In this document: in pieces, positions 1 through 7,206 of the stretch
Layout: every line of letters starts with the position of its first letter
Position numbering within the stretch: position 1 is the first letter of the stretch
DNA from: Planctomycetota bacterium
Lineage (GTDB): Bacteria > Planctomycetota > E44-bin39
DNA length: 64,000 nucleotides
Direction: 5' to 3'
NCBI GenBank assembly: GCA_004376375.1
Contig: SOJX01000023.1
Span: forward strand, 36,013 to 100,012
Notes under the pieces: generated by a model
Told to the model about the DNA's origin: nothing
Seen by the model: only the letters and a program-made list of their open reading frames with translations
Databases searched by the model: none
Translations under genes and position numbers: made by a program

Positions 1-220
1 GTGATTTCCATCTTTACTCCCTAATATTTCCCTCTTCCCTCAACTCCTCCCCCATCATTTCAATTTTCGATTAACGATTCTCGAATTTCGATTTTTTGCC
101 TGACTCTGCTTTGGAATTATCGCGCCGCAAGCGGCGCCTGCGGTCGACAGACAGGAATGTCTGTCCCACGATCTTATTATTTCTTTTTCCCGGTACTCGG
201 TACTCGGTACTTCTTATTCC

Positions 221-442
221 CTATTTCCGTTTATATATATTCAATCCGATTTTTATTTCTTCGTTCTCGGGGAGGGAAACGTTCCCCGAGGTCGTGGCGA
301 TAATCGTGGTCTTGCCGGATTTGGACGGCCCGAAATCCTTGGCCAGGTCAACCGTGATCGTGAGGATGTCTCCCTCGATTTTCATTTCTACATTCTTCAT
401 GGTTTGCTTCCCCTTATAAAAAGGCCTGATTGCATTGCCCAT
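221..442 (-). CDS. small hypothetical protein (73 aa)
   Basis: Intact ORF with a non-repetitive, hydrophilic sequence (MKIEGDILTITVDL...GPSKSGKTTIIATTSG). I do not recognise a family. The start could instead be an internal Met at residue 15 or 20. Confidence 0.3.
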   Translation of the reverse strand: MGNAIRPFYKGKQTMKNVEMKIEGDILTITVDLAKDFGPSKSGKTTIIATTSGNVSLPENEEIKIGLNIYKRK

Positions 443-515
443 ATTGTACCCTGAAACACCGGGAGTGCAAGAAGAAGGGACAAGGTAATAAGGGATAAGG
501 TAATATGGTCCGAGA

Positions 516-746
516 CTAGGTTGTTTTGAGTCGCTGCATGGGGGTGCGTCTGCCCATTCTGGTGCCGAGCTTGAGCTGCCAGACGCGGCGCAGGTTCATC
601 ATGTCGCGGCGGCCGGCCATGGCCCACGCGCTGGAGGTCGCGGTGTGGCTTGCGCCGTTGCCGCCGGTGAATCCGGTCTGTTCCGTACTCAGGTATGCAT
701 TTATCGCAGAGACAATAGCTGCAATCTTTTTCGAATCAATATCCAT
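516..746 (-). CDS. small hypothetical protein (76 aa)
   Basis: ORF begins MDIDSKKIAAIVSAINAYL. It is bracketed by inverted heptamer arrays (TAAGGGATAAGG at about 475-500, CCTTATTCCCTTATT at about 860-905). Coding status is uncertain in this high-GC context. Confidence 0.25.
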   Translation of the reverse strand: MDIDSKKIAAIVSAINAYLSTEQTGFTGGNGASHTATSSAWAMAGRRDMMNLRRVWQLKLGTRMGRRTPMQRLKTT

Positions 747-888
747 TTTGCCTCTTTGCTTTTAAAACACAAGCGGCTCATGCCGCTCTCAGTGTTTTTT
801 TGCTTACAGAATGTTAACCCATGGCTCGAGTTTTGTCAAGGTTTTTCTGCGCAGGATTGTTCCCTTTGTTCCTTATTCCCTTATTCCC

Positions 889-3066
889 TTATTTCCTTAT
901 TTCCTTGCACGAGCGGTAGATGAATCGAATTTCCTCAATCTTCCACGTGCCCGGTCCAGGGGGCAGATCGAGCCACAGGCTGTCCGCGATGCCGCGCTGA
1001 AAAACTGACTCGACCGGCTCTGAAAAGCGCCCGCTTCCCCCGGATTTATCAATGGAAACCAGGATATCTGAAAGCCTCATCCGCACGCCACGGACGCCCG
1101 GAACTTTCCCGATACCTCTCAGCCTGATACGCACGGGGAAACTCTCGTCAGGTTTCATGCGTAGGGGCAAGGCATGCCTTGCCCCTACAGACAATTCAAT
1201 CTCAACTTTCCACAAGCCGCAGAGCGGGACCGGCCGGTCCAGGAGCAAAGCCGTGCCGCCGCGGCCCGCGCGAAAAACGCCGGGGGAAACTATCTCGACA
1301 TCATGGCTCCGCGGTGAAAACTCTTCACCGGAAACGGTAACGGTTTCGTCGGCGCCGGCATACGCCTTCGCGGCCTCCGGGGTAACGTCTTCAAGCGTCA
1401 TCATGTCCGGATCGTACGCAATAAGGTGTGCGCCGTTCCCGAAGCGCGCGCAATCGTTTTGAAAATCTCCCGGCACGTGTGCGGAACCGGGAAAAAACGT
1501 CCATACATTTGCAGACATGGGAAAACCCGCGTGCGTAACCAGCATCGTCCTGAACCCGACCGCGAACGCCATCGCGCCGTCGACGTGCGGCGGGATATAG
1601 AGAAAATAGTAGCTGCCCGCGGCCGGCCCGGACTCCTTTACCAGCTTCCGCGCTTCACTCTCCAGCGATTTGCAGTGCATGCCCGCTTTCGTCCAGGGCG
1701 TAGTATTCAACTGGAGCATAACGCTCCACGCCAGCACAAGAAACAGTACGGCTGCTTTTCCGGGCGCACCCCGCCTTGCGAGTGCGGCCAGCGCCAGTGC
1801 AAGAATAATGCTGACCCCGAGCGTCGGCATATAGACGTACCTGGCGCAGCTCTGATAGTCGAGGTCCCTCAAGAGATGGAACACGGGCAGGAAGCTGAAC
1901 AGTGTTGCCGCGCCTGCAAAAACCATCAACCGCCAGCGGCGTCTGCGAAGGCAGAGAATTATTCCGAAACCGATAATCCCCGCGCAGATCGCCGAAAGCA
2001 ATATCGCAATAACGGGAATGCTTTCGCCGTACATCGCACGGTTTACCGGCGCCAGCCATGCGCCGAAAATATACCTCGGGTCGGCAAGCGCCCTTTTCAG
2101 CATCGTTATATGTCTTCCGGCGCTCGGGGGAATTGTCCTGTACGCGACAAGTCCCCCCAGGACACAGCATCTGATAATAAAAATGGTAATCACCGTAATC
2201 GAGCCGGCAAACCCAAGCGCCAGCCGCCGCCTGAAAACCTTTTTATTCAACGCCGCGCAAGCGCGGCCGCTAACATCACATGCCGGCAGGAGGATTACCA
2301 GCAGCAGTATGAGCGGCAGGGCCGCAAACCCGTTCTCTTTCGTCATCGGTGCCGTGCACAAAAAGGCCGCGCTGAGGACACACCGCCACCAGCCGCCGTG
2401 CCGCAGATAATTCAGACCGAAAATGAGCGCCAGCAGCGTAAACATCACGGTCATCTGATCGTGTATGCAGGAAGGCCACGCCACGGTCCCGACCGACGCG
2501 GGGTAAAGCAGGAAAAGCAGCCCGGCCAGCGCGGCCTCGATATTCAGGCGGAAAGCTCTCTTCATAAACAGGAATAGAAGCATGGCGCAGAGCGCATGAA
2601 CGACCAGGCTCGTCAGGTGGAATATCACCGGCGTAAAACCGAAAAGGCTGACCATGCAGTACCACTCGAGCCACGCGACGGGACGCCAGTACCCGACCAG
2701 AACCTGCTGCGAAAAAAAATACCCGACGCCCCGGGCACGGTGAACCGCCACGAAATTCTGCACATAGTCGTCGCAGAGGAAGCCGATTCCCAGCGTGCGG
2801 GAAAAAAGCAGAAGCGTTATCACGAAAAATACGGCGCCGACGACGGGAGCGCTAAGTCGGCGCGTCTCGCCCGGCAGCCGTCGTGACTCTTCCGGCATGC
2901 CGCTGCAAAGCGACAGGGCGATTCCAATCACAGCGACAGCAAGGCCCGGATAGTAATTAATCACATATTTCAGAAACCCCGGCAGAGCGGGAAGCTCGTT
3001 CCGGAAGAAACAGGAGACCGAGACGATAACAAACCCGAGAGCCGTGAGCGCGCACCCGGCATACAT
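889..3066 (-). CDS. polytopic membrane protein, GT-C-fold glycosyltransferase-like (YfhO/PMT-like), with a C-terminal extracytoplasmic domain
   Basis: At least 10 predicted TM helices, then a roughly 250-aa soluble C-terminal domain. The track ORF extends to 3603 but overlaps lspA, so the start is taken at the in-frame ATG at 3066 (residue 180 of the track ORF). The stop lies inside a CCTTATT tandem array. Two palindromic repeat copies sit in frame at 2246-2274 and about 1150-1185. Confidence 0.55.
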   Translation of the reverse strand: MYAGCALTALGFVIVSVSCFFRNELPALPGFLKYVINYYPGLAVAVIGIALSLCSGMPEESRRLPGETRRLSAPVVGAVFFVITLLLFSRTLGIGFLCDDYVQNFVAVHRARGVGYFFSQQVLVGYWRPVAWLEWYCMVSLFGFTPVIFHLTSLVVHALCAMLLFLFMKRAFRLNIEAALAGLLFLLYPASVGTVAWPSCIHDQMTVMFTLLALIFGLNYLRHGGWWRCVLSAAFLCTAPMTKENGFAALPLILLLVILLPACDVSGRACAALNKKVFRRRLALGFAGSITVITIFIIRCCVLGGLVAYRTIPPSAGRHITMLKRALADPRYIFGAWLAPVNRAMYGESIPVIAILLSAICAGIIGFGIILCLRRRRWRLMVFAGAATLFSFLPVFHLLRDLDYQSCARYVYMPTLGVSIILALALAALARRGAPGKAAVLFLVLAWSVMLQLNTTPWTKAGMHCKSLESEARKLVKESGPAAGSYYFLYIPPHVDGAMAFAVGFRTMLVTHAGFPMSANVWTFFPGSAHVPGDFQNDCARFGNGAHLIAYDPDMMTLEDVTPEAAKAYAGADETVTVSGEEFSPRSHDVEIVSPGVFRAGRGGTALLLDRPVPLCGLWKVEIELSVGARHALPLRMKPDESFPVRIRLRGIGKVPGVRGVRMRLSDILVSIDKSGGSGRFSEPVESVFQRGIADSLWLDLPPGPGTWKIEEIRFIYRSCKEIRK
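2246..2274. repeat. REP-like element copy located in frame inside the GT-C-like membrane protein gene
   Basis: TTCAACGCCGCGCAAGCGCGGCCGCTAAC on the plus strand encodes VSGRACAAL in the minus-strand CDS. Confidence 0.7.
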
Positions 3067-3134
3067 GACGGCGGGCCGACGAAAGACCTGGGGCAGTCCG
3101 GAATTTTCTTTTGCGTTATCGCTCAAGGTTGACT

Positions 3135-3851
3135 TCAGGATTCCTTCGGGGTCTCGGTTTCCACTTTGCGGGTAAGGAATTGCTTCGCCAGAATAAGCAC
3201 CACTCCGGCGACGATGAAGACGTCCGCCGGGTTGAAGGTCGGCCAGTGCGCGCCCGCCGGCGTACCGCGGACTTTTATCAGCCAATCGGCAAGGCCGGTC
3301 CAGAACTCGACTGAGAAATCGAGAAAGTCGCGGACCGCGTGGTGGAACATCCTGTCCCAGAGGTTCGCCACCGCGCCCGCCCCGATAAGAGAAAGCCCGA
3401 TCTGGTACACGCGCTCGCCGCCCGAAAGCCGGCTCAGAATCCAGATTATCACGCCGACGGCGACAACCGTGAAAACAATCAGGAAAGCCACGTTGGGGAG
3501 CATCCCGAACATCGCACCCGGGTTGAAAGAGAGCTGGACTGTAAAAAACTTTCTGATAACAACACGCCTGGGCGGCCGGACATCTACAACCCGTACGGGC
3601 CACTCCCCGGGGACGAGGGCAACCGGGTGAAGCCCGCTCCCGTACTCTTTTTGAAACATTGATTCAAAGGCTTTGGTATTTTTAACGTAGCCTATCTTGA
3701 ACGGGTCCTCGACGTAGACTATTCGATGGGGAACCGACCGAAACGCCAGCCACTTGCTTCCGAGGTCGATGAAGATGCCCGTAACCACCAGCACGTAAAA
3801 CAACCAGTGCGCCCTGAAATGGCGTGCAAGTTTTATTCGCAACGCTTTCAC
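3135..3851 (-). CDS. lspA: lipoprotein signal peptidase II (LspA), insertion-bearing
   Basis: Conserved LspA motifs NPGAMFG, GAVANLWDR, VRDFLDF and HWPTFNPADVFI, including both catalytic Asp residues. A roughly 70-aa insertion lies between TM1 and the NPGA motif. GTG start overlaps the stop of the upstream paralog (GTGA). Confidence 0.8.
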   Translation of the reverse strand: MKALRIKLARHFRAHWLFYVLVVTGIFIDLGSKWLAFRSVPHRIVYVEDPFKIGYVKNTKAFESMFQKEYGSGLHPVALVPGEWPVRVVDVRPPRRVVIRKFFTVQLSFNPGAMFGMLPNVAFLIVFTVVAVGVIIWILSRLSGGERVYQIGLSLIGAGAVANLWDRMFHHAVRDFLDFSVEFWTGLADWLIKVRGTPAGAHWPTFNPADVFIVAGVVLILAKQFLTRKVETETPKES

Positions 3852-4915
3852 TCTGAAGCCTCCGGCGCCTCTGGTGTCTCCGGTGCCCCTGGTGTCTCCG
3901 GCGGCTCAGGCGGCTTCGGCTTGAGAATACGGGGAAACGGCTCAGGCCCGTCCGGTATTCCCGGCCCATCCGCCTCGCGAGCGGAAGGCGGCGAAAAATC
4001 ACCGTCAGACACTTCAGGACCGTCCCATGTCTGTATTATCTGTTCCCCTGCATCTCCGGCAGCGCCTGTGCCGGATTCCGGAACAGGAGATGTTCCATCC
4101 AACACGGGCTGCGGAACAGCACCACCGGCTTCCCCTTCCGCCGCCATGTGCCCTTCACCGCTTATGACCTGCTTGATAAAGACGGTGAACACCCCGACGC
4201 AGATAAAAATATCGGCCACGTTGAAGGTGGGCCAGTGGCTCTGCCCGATCCATTCCACGCTTTCGAGCCAATTCGCAAGGCCCGGCCAGAACCCTGCGTG
4301 AAAATCCAGGAAGTCGCGCACGGCGTGGAAGTTCAGCCTGTCCCACAGGTTCCCGATCGCGCCGGCGACGATAAGCCCGAGGCTTATATGCATGGCATAC
4401 TGGGTGGGCATTAGGAACTGATGCACGATCCCGAGCATTATGGCAACCGCGACCGATGTGAACAGGATTAGAAACGCGGCCTTTGTCGGGAAAATCCCGA
4501 ACATCGCACCCGGGTTGAACGAACAGCGGACGTTCAGGAAGCCGGGAATCACCGTCCGCATGACATTCTTCTCGTCAACTCCGTCGGGGATACCTGGAAA
4601 ACGGTTTGGTTCATTGCCCCGGGCAGGCACTACGTATGTTTTGCCATCTTCTTTCTTAAGCACATATTCGCGTTGCGGCGGGTCTATAATGCTGAAAACC
4701 AGCTTCTTCGTGCCTATATCGGCGACAATTCCAAAAACAATCACGAAGTAGAAAATCCAGTGAACACGTACGGAACGGGCCATGCGAACCGCAAGCGGAA
4801 GGGATTCTTCCCATTCGGCAGCGCCGTCAACCGTTGAAGGTGGCTCGGATGTGACATCTTCGTGAACAACCGAGTCCGGAGCCGCATTATCTCTCAGTTC
4901 CGGGTTCTCATCCAT
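3848..4915 (-). CDS. lspA: lipoprotein signal peptidase II paralog with acidic N-terminal extension and Pro/Glu-rich C-terminal tail
   Basis: Same motif set as the downstream paralog (NPGAMFG, GNLWDR, VRDFLDF, HWPTFNVADIFI). Extra roughly 45 aa at the N-terminus and a roughly 100-aa low-complexity tail (PEPPETPGAPETPEAPE). Confidence 0.75.
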   Translation of the reverse strand: MDENPELRDNAAPDSVVHEDVTSEPPSTVDGAAEWEESLPLAVRMARSVRVHWIFYFVIVFGIVADIGTKKLVFSIIDPPQREYVLKKEDGKTYVVPARGNEPNRFPGIPDGVDEKNVMRTVIPGFLNVRCSFNPGAMFGIFPTKAAFLILFTSVAVAIMLGIVHQFLMPTQYAMHISLGLIVAGAIGNLWDRLNFHAVRDFLDFHAGFWPGLANWLESVEWIGQSHWPTFNVADIFICVGVFTVFIKQVISGEGHMAAEGEAGGAVPQPVLDGTSPVPESGTGAAGDAGEQIIQTWDGPEVSDGDFSPPSAREADGPGIPDGPEPFPRILKPKPPEPPETPGAPETPEAPEASE

Positions 4916-5034
4916 CTAGTATCTTTTACGCAAATAAGGGGTTCGGGTTTCAAAATATATATATGGTGTTCAGATTATAGCCCGAATTTGCCGATAGCCA
5001 AACAGGATTTGAAGTTTTTTAAGCGTACCGGTGT

Positions 5035-5904
5035 ATGTGCACCGGTATGTCCGGGGAGCGGTTTATGGCTGCCGAAAGCATGGCAAGTCGAATCTTTGTG
5101 GCGCCGATACGGGACAGAATACTGTCGCCCATCGGCTCGTACGTTGGCCGCAGCGTCCACAGCGCCGGCTATACCATGCTTATGACCTGCGAGGCGATTA
5201 TCAAGATCCCGACCCTTCTGAACTGGCGCAATTTCTGCGAGTTCCTGAGGCAGTGCTACCTGGCGGGCATCCAGAGCCTCCCGGTCGTATTCCTCGTCGG
5301 GCTTTTCGTAGGCATGATCCTCTCACTCCAGAGCGGGCTCACGCTCATGCAGTTCGGGCTTGAGCGGTTCATAGCGGAAATCACCGGCGCGGCCTTAACC
5401 CGTGAAATGGGCCCGCTCATGACGGCTATTATTCTTACCGGCCGGGTCGGAAGCTCGATGGCGGCGGAGCTGGGAACCATGTCCGTCTCCGAGGAAATCG
5501 ACGCCCTGCGCATCATGTCGATCAACCCGGTACGCTTCCTCGTCCTCCCGCGGATACTGGCGACGGTAATCATGATGGTGGTCCTTACAGTTTTCGCCAT
5601 CCTGATCGGAATATTCGGCGGTGCATTAATCGGGCAGGCGCAAATCGGAGTATCTTACGACATGTTCTTCAAGGGCGCATTCGACGTAATTACCTACAAA
5701 GACCTTTATTCCGGGCTTACCAAGGCCGCGGTTTTCGGCCTGCTGATTTCGATGATTTCCTGCTCGGAAGGCCTGCGGACCACCGGCGGCGCCGAAGGCG
5801 TCGGACGTGGCACCAGGCGGGCGGTCGTGAACTGCCTGCTTTACATAATCATGTTCAATTACATCATGGACAGCTTTATATTCCTCTTCGTTTATGGACG
5901 CTAA
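5035..5904 (+). CDS. mlaE: ABC transporter permease, MlaE/YrbE family
   Basis: Multi-TM permease with the typical MlaE core (EIDALRIMSINPVRFLVLPR). The real start may be an internal Met at about 5065-5080. A hairpin (ACCGGTG-N6-CACCGGT) overlaps the annotated start. Confidence 0.85.
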   Translation: MCTGMSGERFMAAESMASRIFVAPIRDRILSPIGSYVGRSVHSAGYTMLMTCEAIIKIPTLLNWRNFCEFLRQCYLAGIQSLPVVFLVGLFVGMILSLQSGLTLMQFGLERFIAEITGAALTREMGPLMTAIILTGRVGSSMAAELGTMSVSEEIDALRIMSINPVRFLVLPRILATVIMMVVLTVFAILIGIFGGALIGQAQIGVSYDMFFKGAFDVITYKDLYSGLTKAAVFGLLISMISCSEGLRTTGGAEGVGRGTRRAVVNCLLYIIMFNYIMDSFIFLFVYGR

Positions 5905-6724
5905 CGGAAACATCGTCATAAGCTTCGAGAACGCGTACAAAACGCTTTCCGGGCGCAATGTGCTCGACGGCATGACGTTCGACGTCAGGCGCGGCGAGAC
6001 GTTCGTCATCATCGGACCTTCCGGGATGGGGAAATCGGTCACGCTCAAGCACATGGTCGGCCTGATGCGGCCGGACGACGGCGAAGTCATTATCAGCGAC
6101 GAAGGCGAAGGCGGGCGGGTGAGATACGACGTTTCCCATCTGAAACCAATCCAGCTCGAGCGGCTGCGCGCAATCTTCGGTTACCTTTTCCAGGACGGCG
6201 CCCTCCTCGCCTCGCTCACGGTAGGTGAAAACGTCGCGCTGCCTTTATTCGAGAGGCGATTGCACGTCTTCCGCGAAAAGTACGGCCGCAGAAACGCTGA
6301 AAATAAAATCTGGGAGCGGGTCAGGGAAAAGCTCGGCATGGTCGACATGGTGCACGCCATCGACAACCTGCCGGCCGAGCTCTCGGGCGGTATGAGGAAA
6401 CGCGCGGGACTCGCCCGCGCCATCATACACGAGCCGAAGATAATCCTTTACGACGAGCCGACAAGCGGACTCGACCCCGTGATGGGCACGAACATCAACC
6501 GGCTGATACGACACCTCCAGGAAAAGCTCGGTGTAACAAGCCTGGTCGTCACGCACGATATCGACAGCGCATACTACGTCGGAGACCGCATCGCCATGAT
6601 TAACAGGGGACGCATGGAGCAGATCGGAACGCCGGATGAAATAAAAAACACGACCAATCCCGTCGTAAGACAGTTTATCGAGGGGAATATCGAAGGCCCG
6701 CTTACCGCTGGAAGAAAGCACTAA
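5894..6724 (+). CDS. mlaF: ABC transporter ATP-binding protein, MlaF family
   Basis: Walker A GPSGMGKS, signature LSGGMRKR, Walker B ILYDEPTSGLD. Overlaps the mlaE stop. Confidence 0.9.
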   Translation: MDANGNIVISFENAYKTLSGRNVLDGMTFDVRRGETFVIIGPSGMGKSVTLKHMVGLMRPDDGEVIISDEGEGGRVRYDVSHLKPIQLERLRAIFGYLFQDGALLASLTVGENVALPLFERRLHVFREKYGRRNAENKIWERVREKLGMVDMVHAIDNLPAELSGGMRKRAGLARAIIHEPKIILYDEPTSGLDPVMGTNINRLIRHLQEKLGVTSLVVTHDIDSAYYVGDRIAMINRGRMEQIGTPDEIKNTTNPVVRQFIEGNIEGPLTAGRKH

Positions 6725-6763
6725 AAAAAGAAACAGGGAAACAAGAAAACAGGGGAATAAGTA

Positions 6764-7147
6764 GTGGGGAAAAGTTTTGAAGATCTTGAAGTATGGAAAC
6801 TGGCAAGGAAATTACGGGTGGACATCTATGACATTACGGAGAGCTTTCCATCACGCGAAAAGTATTCTCTTGTGAGTCAAATGCGACGGGCTGTACTCTC
6901 TGTTCCGGGCAATATAGCGGAAGGATACGGCAGATATCACTATAAGGAAAACATTCAGATGTGCAGGATTGCACGAGGCTCTTTGAACGAGTTGATTGAT
7001 TATTTATTCGCATCTGTGGATACAAAATACATTACTCAGGCGGTTTTCGAAACTCTTTACGCACAGGCAAGGGAAGTGGAAAAGGTTCTGAACGGATATA
7101 TAAAGTATTTGCAGAAACAGGCCGGCAAGGAAAAAGAGAAAGAATAA
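6764..7147 (+). CDS. four-helix-bundle protein (TIGR02436, 23S rRNA intervening-sequence protein family)
   Basis: MGKSFEDLEVWKLARKL...FPSREKYSLVSQMRRAVLSVPGNIAEG is characteristic of the family. Inserted between mlaF and mlaD and flanked by inverted AACAAGG/CCTTGTT tandem arms (6725-6760 and 7150-7200). Confidence 0.8.
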   Translation: MGKSFEDLEVWKLARKLRVDIYDITESFPSREKYSLVSQMRRAVLSVPGNIAEGYGRYHYKENIQMCRIARGSLNELIDYLFASVDTKYITQAVFETLYAQAREVEKVLNGYIKYLQKQAGKEKEKE

Positions 7148-7206
7148 GTTCTTTACCTGTTTCCTTGTTGTCTTGTTCCCTTGTTACCTGTTTGAGGACT
7201 ATTATC

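Noticed and set aside
1426-2577. 383-aa plus-strand ORF and similar long ORFs antisense to real genes (for example 33101-34903, 36379-38187, 54951-56897, 59453-61042, 8107-8859, 13419-14222, 20756-21724)
   Set aside because: Arg-rich compositions typical of GC-rich antisense frames. Each overlaps a gene with strong family-level motifs on the other strand.
3067-3603. 5-prime extension of the 889-3603 track ORF (904 aa) overlapping lspA
   Set aside because: The extension is an Arg/Gly/Pro-rich low-complexity sequence lying antisense to a well-supported lspA gene. The in-frame ATG at 3066 immediately precedes the first TM helix, so the gene was shortened to 889-3066.
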